Source: Takakia lepidozioides
Lineage: Eukaryota > Plantae > Bryophyta
DNA: 64,000 nt
Assembly (NCBI GenBank): GCA_030704615.1
Contig: CM060731.1
Coordinates: 74,090,001-74,154,000 of the forward strand
Reading direction: 5' to 3'
This document shows, in pieces, positions 36,634-52,460 of the stretch. Both the position numbers and the translations under genes were made by a program. How positions within the stretch are numbered: position 1 is the stretch's first letter; each line of letters begins with the position of its first letter. The notes under the pieces were generated by a model. The model made no database searches and was not told the DNA's origin. It worked only from the letters and a program-made list of their open reading frames with translations.

Positions 36634-39200
36634 GTGGATGAGGTGCATATTGTGAGTGTCATTACGGAGTTACCCAAGGGTTTTGAGGGGAGTACGGCTA
36701 CAAGCAGTAACAGTGAAAGTGGGTTCACAAGACGAGGTATTCGGTTCAGACCACCTTCACCGCCACCCTCAACTACTGTAGAGTCAAACACATACTCGGA
36801 GGCTTCATCAACAGGTGTGCAGTTTCATTCGCCATTGTTGTGGGACGACATGGAGGAGATGTATGGAGCTACCAAGGGGCCTCGTAGGTACTCTGGAGTT
36901 GTGGGCACAATCGAGTTAGATAACTTTATCCAGGAGTTCGACAGCTGGTGTGATTTGCAGCAGATGCGCAATCCACAGCTATTCACCCCATTCATGGCGT
37001 GGAAGGGACTGTTCCAGCATTTGGAAGGCCCGCCTATGGACGATTACCACGAGTTCAGGCGAGGACATGAAGCAGAGATTGAGGAGTGGAGGATATATTG
37101 GTCACCTGACTACGTCTCCATTACTCGAGGCACGACGCAATCAGTAGCTGCATCAGTACCAATATCTCCCACTACCAGCACTAGTAGTGGAACAAGTAGT
37201 GCCGGTACTTCTGCAGGTGGTACTTCTGCAGGTGGTACCAGTTCAAAAGGTGTTACTACTCCTCCTGCCACGACTACAACACATGTGCCTAGATTCAACC
37301 CGGTGGTGGAGTTCTTCCAGGAGTTGCGGAGGAACTACCAAGGTGTACGGACAGAGAAGCTGCGAAGTTTGCAAGACTTCCAGCGCAAACCCAGTGAGAG
37401 CTTGCGAGAGGCCTACACTCGTATGACGCTTGATAAGTGTGACCCAAGGGGTTACTGAAGCTCAGGCAATCCAGTTCTGGTATGGAATTTTGGACAAGGA
37501 GCTCAGGAGAAGGGTGCGGGATGCAACCCTGTTACAAGCAGCCCAACCCACATTAGCAGATGTGTTTCTGCTGGCTGAGCGGATTGAGCTCAACATGGTG
37601 GAGGAGCGAGTTGTTACCATTGGGTTTGGCAAGGACATGCCTGTACGAGGCGCAGCTGCTAGCCCACAGGCACAAGGGACTGCCCAACAGCGTGGTCAGG
37701 GGGGCAAGGTTTCCAAACCCAAGTTCCATGGAGCTTACAGGGGACCTCAGGTGCAAAGGCCCGTGGCATCTTTTGCAGGCCAACAGCAACCAGGGGTGAT
37801 ATGTTGGACATGTGGAGGACCCCATGTCAAGAGAGATTGCCTAGAGAGTGGCAAAAGGCCGGCACAAACACAGCCTGCACAGTTGCAGTGTGGGCATTGT
37901 GGCAAGTATGGGCATGGAGATGCCCAGTGTTATGACTTGCATCCTGAGTTGCGCCCAGGCCAGTTCCAAGGGAACAATAGTGGCCGGGGGCGAGGTGGAC
38001 CAGCCCAAAGAGGACGAGGTGGTCGGGCACGAGGTGCAGGCCAAGGGCAAGCTCAACATGGCCACGGACGCGGAGGTCAGGGTGTTGACCAAGGCATGGC
38101 CAACCGGCTTCAGCAGCTAGAGCAGAGGCTCGCTGCAATGGCTATAGCTCAGGCGGTACCGGCTCCCAGGCGGGATGGTCCACCTCCTGCTCCCGAGGGA
38201 GGAGATATGGGAGGCATGGGATTCATGTGTGGAGCAGCAGTACCACTAGAGCAGGTGGAGTCTGCTGCAGCCGTGACTCGAGGAGCAGCACGAGTTCCTG
38301 AACCACGAGGTGCAGAGGTGGAGTTGGATCCACAACATGGGGAGGCAAGTCGTCAGGCGAGGCTGCCTCAGTCATTCACCTTGGCGGAGACAGTGTCAAC
38401 GCCATCCATGGCACCTAGTTCTCGCCCGACTGTTACCGAGGCGGAGGTTTCTATGCCATTGGGGAGAGCTACACGTGCAGCACTGACACCTACTGCCAAG
38501 GCTAGTGCAGCCGGTGTGTTGTTGGGGGCAGCCACCTCTGTGTGTCAAGCCCCACTGTTCTCGGCAACCATGATTGCGATGCTGGGGGTAAGACCAGCTG
38601 CAGTGTTCAGACTAGCAGCAACACTCTGTGAGAGTGGGGAGGTCACTTCATCTTCTGCGGAGTTACTGGAAGGTGTAGTGACAGAGGGATCCTCAGATTT
38701 GAGGGTCAAGACTGCCACGGCTGCGCCATGGCAAGCTGCAGCTGCCAGGTTGACGGAGCTGCCAGCTAGGCCAGCCTTTGAGCGCGCCATGGTGACACCT
38801 GGAGTTGTCTTGTTAGACAACCAGGATGACATTTTCTCTTTGAGTGGACCGGCAGGCAAGAAGTACCGGCCACTGCGGGTCTTGTTGGACTCGGGAGCTC
38901 AGCCACTGATGTTGGGCAGAGCTGCTATTGCAGGTTTGGGCCTCATGGAGGCGGATATGGAGCCTTGTCCTTTCCAGATACAGACATCTCTGGGAGGATC
39001 AGAGCAGACTCGGGGCATGACACGACATCAGTTGGCCATTGACTGCAGCCGGATCATCCTATCGATGGCTCAGTCATGCGAGCCAAGGCCATTGTGACAG
39101 ACGCGGTCTCTTACGATGTCCTCGTTGGTGGGGCAGTGTTATACCCCATGGGCTTCACCCTGGACTTTTGGGAGGAGTCAGCATTCTACAGGCCTAGATG
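36634..39200 (+). CDS. gag: Gag (two zinc knuckles) and aspartic protease, frameshifted
   Basis: CWTCGGPHVKRDC and CGHCGKYGHGDAQC knuckles; RG-rich tract; VLLDSGAQ (~38880) and YDVLVG; frameshifts near 37430 and 39050. Confidence 0.88.
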
Positions 39201-39600
39201 GCAGTCAGGGGATGGTCGTCGTGCACAGCTCCCTGTGACATTCATTGGGGGTATTGCGGCTGCCCAACGGGGCAAGATGCCAACACTAGCCGCCTTTACA
39301 GCTGCAGTTAGTTGGCCTGGAGAGTTGCTGGAAGGCAATGCCCATGCAGAAGATGTGTCACCTCCAGCAGAGCAGGATGACATGCATGGTATGGCGGAGT
39401 TGCCTGCCATGGTTGCTCACACTCCATTGTGGGGTACAAGCAAGGATTTGCAGCAGGTTGCTGATCGACGGGTGCAACAAGCCTGGGTAGAGGCTTTTGT
39501 ACCGTCAGGAGAGGAGGAGAGTGCGGGTATTGCACCAGGACCACCTCAGTTGTCACCATTGGATACCACACCTATTGTGTGGCAGTATCCGGATGAAGGC

Positions 39601-40535
39601 ATTTGCCTTCTGGACTTGTTTGGCGGGATCAGCACCGGATTGGCTGCTGTGCTACAGGCAGGTGTGCGGGTAAGGCGTTACCTGTATGTGGAGAGGGATG
39701 AGACTGCACGACGCGTCTCACTGCGCCATGTTGCTCAGTTGGTACAGCAGTACCCTGCTTTGTTGCCAGTGTCTGCAGTTCGTGGATACCAACAAGCCTT
39801 GCCAGTAGACATTTTGTTGCTGGGGGCGCCGGATTTGGAGCAAGTTGGTTCCATTGATCTGGTAGTGGCAGGTTGGCCCTGCCAAGGGCATTCATCAGCC
39901 GGGCATGGCAATGGATTGCGAGACTCGAGGACAGGTCTGTTTTGGGAGATGGTGCGGATTTTGCGCCACTTGCAGCTTCATCAAGCTGTATCACCAGCAT
40001 ACATCTTGGAGAATGTGCCACTGATGGGCGATTCTCGGGCCAGGGTGATGGTCAGTGTGCATCAAGTCCGGTCGTGGCTTGGGTCAGCAGTGCTGCTGGA
40101 TGCAGCTGCAGTGGGATCACGGGCTCATTGTCCACGGCTATGGTGGATTAACTTGATGCCACCCGCACTGTTCAAACGTGCATTTGATGGGGTGCAGCGG
40201 CCAACACACCTCATAGTGGACAACATTTTGGACACAGGGAGGCAGTCTCAACGTGTGAGACACGATGACCGTTTGCCTTTGGCAGTGGTCAACAGGGTGG
40301 GTCAATCACGAGCAGCATTACCTACACTGCTCAGCTTCCCAGGATCCTATGCTTTTCGGGATGGTGGACCTGGCCTCCTGTGGGATGCTCAGATGCAACA
40401 GTTAGTGGAGCCTAATGCCGACGAGCAAGAGCGGGCTATGGGGTTTTCCACTGGGACCACGGCGGTGCCTTCTCTTTCTGAGGCATCACGTCGTCAGGTG
40501 TTGGGGCAAGCAATGGATCTCAATTGCTTGACCTG
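39601..40535 (+). CDS. DNMT3-like C5-cytosine DNA methyltransferase domain embedded in pol
   Basis: Motif I LDLFGGISTG (39610-); II YVERD; IV DLVVAGWPCQ (PC at 39877-39882); VI YILENV (ENV 40009-40017); VIII AHCPRLWW; IX EQERAMGF; X RRQVLGQAM; in frame with the protease C-terminus. Confidence 0.93.
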
Positions 40536-40989
40536 GATTATCAGCTTGGCTATGGCTGAGCAACGTAGAGTATGGAGTGCACTTCCCTTGATGGTCTCTC
40601 TGCCTACCGAGACGGTACAGGCAGCGAGTGGGGGCGAGCCGGTGAGGACCACGGGGTGTAGACATCCATGGCACACGTGGGAGGTACTCGAGGTTCAGAG
40701 GGAGTTGGCAGCCAAGGCAGCTGTGATGGATGAGATTGGGGATTCTTCTCGGGAGGAGGAGGTTCTCAATGATGAGATGATGGGGCAGGATGAGGCCTTG
40801 TCATTGACAGAGCAGGAAGGGAGTATTGCTCAAGAAGTTGCAGCATAGCAACCACGGGACGCGTCCTCTACCTCTAAGCCCACTGGACTTAAGGTTGCAG
40901 TTACGGAGGACAATTGGGAACCTGACATTGGACCCATTGTCACCGGAGGAGAGAGACAACGTATACGGCGGTTCCTAAGGGCTTATAGG

Positions 40990-43982
40990 AATTGCTTTGC
41001 CTTCAGTTTGAAAGACTTGGGAGCACTGAAGGGTCAAGAGATTCGCATTGAATTGGCCACTGACACGCCAATCTTTCGGAGACCCTATAGATACAGTGAC
41101 ATGGAGAGGTCCTTGATTCAGATGAGAACTCAGGATCTTTGGGAGGCAGGTTTGGTGGAGCTCTCTGGTGGAGAGTATGCTTCAGCCACAGTGATGCCAG
41201 CCAAGAATGATGTCTATGGCAATTGGACGGAGAGACGTATGTGCGGTGATTACCGGCCTGTAAATCGTCAGACCAAGTCCGATAGGTATGCCATGCCGAC
41301 ACCAGAGGAGATCTTTGATGCCATTGGGCATTCCAAGGTCTTTAGCACGTTGGATTTACGATCCGGATATCACCAGTTGCCGATCAAGGAGGCGGATAAG
41401 CAAAAGACGGCATTCTGGGGGATCAATGAGCACGGGAAGGATTGCCTATACCAGTGGTGGTTCTTACCATTTGGGCTTAAAAACGCTCCCGCTGAGTTTC
41501 AAAGAGTCATGGACAGGATTCTAGCAGGGGTGGAGTTTGCTCGGTGCTACATAGATGACATCATCATCTTTAGTGCTACGGTGGAGGAACATGAGAGACA
41601 CCTTCAGGGGTATTTGAGCGCTTGAGGACGCACGGATTGAAGTTACATCCGGGCAAGTGCAAGTTTTTCCACAACCAGATTGAGTATCTGGGTCACATGA
41701 TATATCCTGGAGGATTGGGGGTACAGCAGACTAAGATAGAGTCCATTGCACAGGTTCCACGCCCCACGGATGTGAGCTGAGTTCGAGCTTTCATGGGGTT
41801 AGCAAACTATTACAGACGGTTTGTTAAGGGATTTAGTGCCATTGCAAAGGCTCTAACCAAGCTGACCAAGGTGGACCAGGAGTGGCAGTGGGAAGGTGAG
41901 CAAGAACAACTTTTCAAGAGCTCAAGGCGAGGTTGACCTCGGCGCCCATCTTGAGACGACCTATCAGGGGGCGTCCTTTTCAGCTGCATACAGATTGAAG
42001 CATGCTGGGGCTTGGAGCGGTGCTCACACAGGTGGATGATGAGGGAAGAGAGTTCGTAGTGGCTTATGCTAGCCGCTCGAACAATGCTCCAGAGTCTAAG
42101 TATAGCTCATATGAAGGAGAATGCTTAGCTGCAGTGTGGGCCGTGGCACACTTCAGGTGCTATCTATACGGCAATCTCTTCACCCTTGTCACGGATCACC
42201 AACCACTCAAGTGGTTGATGGAGTTAGACAAGCTTACGGGGAAGCTTGCACGGTGGGCACTCATCCTTCAAGAGTATGACTTTCAGGTGGTGCATCGACC
42301 GGGTTTGGTCAATCGCAATGCAGATGGGTTGAGTCGCAATCCATGCACGAGCCAGCAGGATGACACTGGAGCTCGGTGGCATGGTGAGACGGACGAGGAG
42401 ATGGTGCCCGGATGGCATGCATCTGCATTTTTGTGTATCTTGGCAGCGGAAGGCCAGGTTGGACCTGCAACAGGGATGACTATAGATCAAGTGTCTAAGG
42501 ACCCTGAGGCCAGCAATGAGCAAGGTGGCGCCAAAGATATACATGAGGATTCAGTTGTGTTGGACTACCTCCGCACTGGAGACACTACAGCCACTGTGAC
42601 TGCCAAGGAGAGGGATCGGATCCTACAACGAGCCAAGAGGTTCAAGTGGGAGGGGACACACCTGCTCCGAGTGTGGGAGGATGGTCGAGTGAAGATTGTG
42701 CCTCACCCAACACAGCGGGCACGGTTAGTGCGGCATGCCCATGAGGAGTTGGGGCATTTTGGGATGCGACGCACTCATAGTCTACTGCAGGGGCAGTATT
42801 GGTGGCGTGGTATGCACACAGAGGTGCAACAATTTGTGGCTAGGTGCATGGTATGTGACAGGGTGCGTGCTTCATTCAACGCCCCTACTCCACAATTGCA
42901 CCCTCTTCCGATCATGGGATTGGGCTACAGGTGGAGTCTTGACTTCGTAGGGCCATTGCTACTGACCATGCGCCATAACAAGTACGTGTTGGTGATGGTG
43001 GAGCACTTCTCCAAGTGGATTGAATTGGTTCCATTGCCTGATAAGGCTAGTGAGGGAGCTGCGTATGCATTCTTGGATTGTGTGCTTAGCCGATTCGGTG
43101 CTCCAGCTGAGGTACTCACGGACCAAGGGAGAGAGTTCTTGGGAGAGTTTCAGGCTTTGTGTGACAAGGCCTTGATAGACCACCGCACCACTTCTCGGGA
43201 TCATCCTGAGGCCGATGGCTTGGCAGAGAGAGAGTTGTTCAGACAGTAAAGAGGGGTTTGCGCAAGTATGGCTTGCAGAAGGGACACCTAGGAGATTGAG
43301 ACCTTCAGTTACCCTGGTTAGCCATGGGCTACAGGTTCAGCAAGCAAGCATCACTTGCCTCCTTCTCACCATACTTTCTTCTCTTTGGCCGAGAGCCGGA
43401 TTTGCCTACATCCATTCGCAGAGAAGCTGCTACAGTTCTTACCTTAACGATCCGGACGTGTGGGCACGTGCATGTGAGTAGCGTGCAGAGTTGTTCAAGA
43501 GAGTCATGCCCATGGCTTTCGAGAACCTTGCCATTGCACAACACCGTGATACGTTGAGGTATGCTACCATACGTGGTGGGGGCTATCGTCCTGGGGTTCG
43601 GAGATTCAACCCTGGTGACTATGTCTATCTGCAGCAGACTGCTCCTACGACCCTGGATGTGACTGCAGGACGTGTTATTTTGAGGGTTCGAGAGGTCTTG
43701 CCTTCAGGCGTCTTGGTCTTGGAGGGTCGGGATGACATAACTTGGAAGGACCATGTGCGTAATTGTGCGCCATGTCACCTTCCGAATGTCGATGGCAGGA
43801 TTGACCCAAACCTGGCAGTGGTATCTGCAGGTTTGAGGTGCATGTTGTGTGGGTCTGCTAAAGGGGCAGCCACCATGCTGGTGTGTGATCGATGCTCTAG
43901 AGGTTGGCATATGGGATGCTTGACTCCACCTCTTGAGATGGTTCCGGATGGGGATTGGTTATGTCCACATTGCATTGGATAG
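40990..43982 (+). CDS. pol: Reverse transcriptase, RNase H, DDE integrase and C-terminal PHD finger (stops and frameshifts)
   Basis: RMCGDYR...LDLRSGYHQ...YIDD; VVAYASR...TDHQPLKWL; H..LGH...CMVC; WSLDFVGP...LTDQGREF...DGLAER; PHD CMLC...CDRC...WHMGC...WLCPHC at 43839-43973. Confidence 0.93.
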
Positions 43983-44231
43983 TGGGAGTGGATACAACCA
44001 TGGAAGGCTAACAAGAAACGCAAGGCCCAGCTACTAGGAGACCTTGAACACACGAGATCCTGGCTCAAGTTCACAGATTGCAAGATGGCGACTAACGATG
44101 GGGCTATTCTTGTACCCGGCCTCTTGGTCTGTAGAGTTTGAGTGCAATAGGGGCAGTGATAGAGGACTTAGTACGGCTGTGGCTATTACATCTTGTAGCT
44201 ATCTGGAGGTAGAGAGACCTACCCACCAGCT

Positions 44232-44240
44232 AGGGGGGCG
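44232..44240 (+). promoter_or_regulatory. Polypurine tract
   Basis: AGGGGGGCG followed by AT and then TGTG, the start of repeat B. Confidence 0.75.
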
Positions 44241-44242
44241 AT

Positions 44243-44771
44243 TGTGACAGACTACTTTATTGTGCATATATATGTGGTGTGGTTTGGACAGCGATGTAGT
44301 TGTGTAGTGATATGTATGCGCACGACAGCTGTCAAGTTAAATAAGCACAATGTGAAAACAACTAGAATAAAGCTAATTATTTGTATTTAACACTTGGATT
44401 TAGGTCAAGTGTTAAATCAGGTGTCAAGTTTAGTTTGACACCTGAATGGCCTTATCTTCACGAGAGCGGCAGTCGCGTGGCTCATCTCTCTCGAGTTGAG
44501 CCTGCGCGACCGAGCTCCTGCATCGTTTAGGACTGAGTGTGCTCATGATGGGAGTGTAGGTTGTTGTGGGGTGGAGTCCCCACAGCTTGGGGTGCCCCTG
44601 GCTCGACTTCTGTTTTAACGAGTGATGTTGAGGGATTTCATATTTCTTGTGTTGAGAGTGTGTGTCCTTTCAAGCTTTCTTATCATTGTGGCAGACTACT
44701 TTATTGTGCATATATATGTGGTGTGGTTTGGACAGTGATGTAGTTGTGTAGCGATATATATGCGCACGACA
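44243..44771 (+). repeat. 3' terminal repeat block: B (44243-44327), GC, A (44330-44685), T, B' (44687-44771)
   Basis: B and B' are 85 bp with 4 transitions; A matches 32836-33191; B-GC-A forms a TG...CA 443-bp LTR. Confidence 0.96.
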
Positions 44772-45607
44772 AGGATTAGTCATACACCTGAGCACTTACT
44801 ATGGATTTCCTGGGGGTGTAATGTTTGTCTATGGGAAATGTCTAAGGGGTGTGTCTGCCTAATGCCAATACGGCAATTCTCTTATGAGTACATCTTCTCT
44901 CTCCCTCTCCCTCACACACACAAATGCCCAGAAACGAATATAAAACTTTATTGTCCTCAACGCACATGTGAAAAGCAAAGGACTTTTGGAAGGCTATAAA
45001 TGCTTAGTAAGTATAAAGTGGATTCCTTTTGTACAACCAAACGAGAGACGGGGAGAAAGACACAATAAACACATATTGTGTTGCAAATTGGCATGTGAGG
45101 GCTAACCATGAACGCAATCGCCATATTTGCCATCACAGTGAACCAGGGCTTATGGAGGGAGGCCACGAATTGGACAAAATTCCCACTGAGATGCTGGAGA
45201 TAGCCACCCGAGAATCATTAGCATGAGAACCAGTTTTAGAGATCAAAGATCCCCAATTCGCCCCACTCCCTTCTGCTTCATTAGCCCCAAACTCCCACCT
45301 ATATGCTAGAGATGAATCTACCCTGAATATGGCCATAAGTGAGTTTTCCCTTCAAACCTGCTCAGTAACTATATTTTTTTAATCAGCAATATTGGAAGGT
45401 AGTGAAATGTGCTTTGGCAGGCCCTACAACACTCACCTATTATGGAAGTGAAGGGTGATGATGCGCCAAAAGGAGAACCAACAACTATAAGAGAGTCACC
45501 TCGTTTCCTCGATTCTGCCATCAGGTATCCAGCAGGCATCTGCACAAGTGATGTCAACTTGAGCAAATCAGATCAAAACAACCTCAAGCATTGAAACATG
45601 TAGGAAG

Positions 45608-46444
45608 CAGTGTTGGGCGGTTCTTGCATTTGTGAAGGAACCATCGGTTCCGGTTCCACAATTATTTCAAGAGACGGTTCCGGATCCGATTCCGGTTTTA
45701 TTTTATTGAGCCGGTTCCGGATCCAACTTTTAAACATGGGGGCGGTTCCGGTTACCGGTTAGTTGCTGATAAAAACCACGGTTCCCGGTTAGGTTCCGGT
45801 TCTTTAAAAAATAAAAAAATAAAAAAAATTAGATCTAAAATATTTTATCAGTCCGGGAGATTAAATAGCAATGTATTCACATATTTGAACTAAAATCCAA
45901 CGATTTTATTAGTTTTCACTAACACCAAAAAAAAAAAAAAAACAAAAATACTCTAAATAAACTGGTAGAAGAAAATGTGTAACATTTTATGGGTTGAAAT
46001 TACTATTCAGCTATTTGGCAAGTATTGGCATCTTCTAACATTTTCATTAATGAACTTAGCAAGGATATCATGGAGCTGGAGATTGAACCCAAGATCTCAT
46101 GGCGTTGAAGCATTGAACATAGAATGGCCTTCAAGCATTGAACCCACGATCTCATGGAGCTTGAGAGCATTAAAGAAGTTTTGCCATGGGCCCACCAGCT
46201 CTCCAGGGTTATGCCATGTTATGCCAAGGGCCCACCAAGGGTTCAAAAACCTGAACCTGTTTTTATCCCCATGCGCCCCCGTTCTCCAGTTTTCACACTA
46301 GGAAACCGCCGGTTCGGTTCTGTGTCGATCCCCATTGGCAGGTTCGGGTTCCGGGTCAGGTTTTGCAGGAATGGGCCGGTTCCGTTCCGGTTCCTGTTAA
46401 CCTGAACCTGAACCGGCGGTTAACCTGGGTCCTGCCCAACATTG
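45608..46444. mobile_element. Non-autonomous hAT-type element / MITE, 837 bp
   Basis: TIR CAGTGTTGGGCGG / CCTGCCCAACATTG; 8-bp TSD GTAGGAAG at 45600-45607 and 46445-46452; dense CGGTTC subterminal repeats. Confidence 0.92.
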
Positions 46445-47086
46445 GTAGGAAGCCATAGTTGCACAACATTCATCTTCATTCTCAGCTCAATTTGAATGTT
46501 AGGGCACAACACAAGTGTTCTTGCCACATCCTCTTGGTGCTGCTATGTGTCTTCAAAAGTTAGAAGTACAAATCGAAGGTGGCAAGCAACAATCAACTTG
46601 GGAAATTCCATGGAACTCCTGGAGCTTCTAAAGACAACTGTTAAGGGCAGCATAGTTGCTTCCTTGTGAACCCACTGTCAACAATCAAAACCCCACAAAT
46701 CTGATTCAACATCAAGAGATTCTCTAAGCTAGAGAGCCTCGTACAAATGGTGGAGTTGTTACTTACCCCCGTTTTGTCCATGAAACACGCACTTAGAGCT
46801 TGAGCTCAAGAAGTCATTTTTGGTTTTTTCGGGCATTCCGGGCAGATTCCAAAGAAATTGAAGACGATGACCTGGCTACGATGAAACGTGGCAATGATGA
46901 CGTGGTACTATGATACCCTATTCCTGCTTTACGCTAAACTAGCTTCCGACCTTCCGTCATAGCTAGAATTCGTCCCATCAGTCGATAAGTACAAGAAAAA
47001 ATATTTTCAGAATATCAATCAATGAAATCGTGACACGCGGCTCTGCAAACCACTAAAGCTGCGAGAAGGGGACCAAGACGTGCGGG

Positions 47087-51406
<4,320 letters not shown>

Positions 51407-52460
51407 AGAAAGGCCATCTTGCATTTTTTTGGACAAATGAGTGTTGAGTTTAAGAGCTTTCCGTCATAAAGGAGTTTGGTAGCTGGTGGCCTTGGTTGTA
51501 GTTCAATTGAACGCTGGGCAGGATTTGGTAGCTGTAGTTGCTTTGAAGAGTATGGCATTTGGACAGGGATGTTTTAGTCATTATTTGGGACTGACTGGTG
51601 CAGGGTGAGTAGCCCTACTCAGGAGAATAATACATGATCTGGTCTATGGAAGGTTGAAAGGTGGAATGTTGCCATGGAGGCGTGGGGGGATCTCCATATA
51701 TACTCAGTTGGAAATACTTTAGATTGAACCAAGGTTTGAGAACATGACCCAAGTTGTTCAGATCCATGTATTTGGGAAAGAGACTGGTATATTGTTTGGA
51801 GGAAAGAGTCGGTGGAAGAAAGAGCACATTCTATTTGAATATGAGATAAGGAGCAAACATAGAATTCTTGGCTTAGGGACTCACATCCAAGATGTATGTA
51901 GAACCTGTAAGATTTAGATGCAGGTAACAATCAACCCAGGCTTCAGTACCTTTCACTCTTTACCTATAACTTTGGCATAACACAGTGATTACAGTCTGCT
52001 TGCAACAGTAGCTCCTATTCATCACTAGAAACACAGAAACCTGTTGATGGCATCTGTGTATGTAAATGTAGTGCAATGCCCCACATTGAAGATCTACAAG
52101 TGGAATCAGAGTATTGAAGATCCAGCATGCTAATAGCAAAATGGAATGCTAAGATCGGCCCACAGTTAACTAGAATGAAGAGTCCGCAGAGATGCTGCAG
52201 ATTCATGACCCAAGGTCACCTTTTTGGCCATATCTCTGCAGATTCTTCACTACATAGAAATGAACCCTTGATTTATGCTGCCAACTAAGACGTGAAGACT
52301 CGAGGGAGAGAACAGAGAACGTAGGTAGTTGAGTAAGTATCTTTCATATTTCCCGCGGTTTAGGGTTTCGTGCCCTAAGCCCAACCGACTCTTTCTCTAC
52401 TTCCTTCAAAAAGATTGTCCAAAGTGGAATGGTCGAAACGTCGAAACAGTAGCGGAAGCC

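Larger units (their letters stand above)
32836..44771 (+). mobile_element. Full-length Ty3/Gypsy-type retrotransposon with DNMT3-like methyltransferase, PHD finger and A-internal-B-A-B termini
   Basis: Termini TGTC...GACA; AGGA duplicated at 32832-32835 and 44772-44775; order gag-PR-DNMT-RT-RH-IN-PHD; terminal repeats as listed. Confidence 0.93.

Noticed and set aside
32836-44771. Classification as a DIRS/PAT/Ngaro tyrosine-recombinase element because of the split repeats
   Set aside because: It encodes an aspartic protease and an HHCC-DDE integrase, has a PPT and TSD, and no tyrosine recombinase motif was seen
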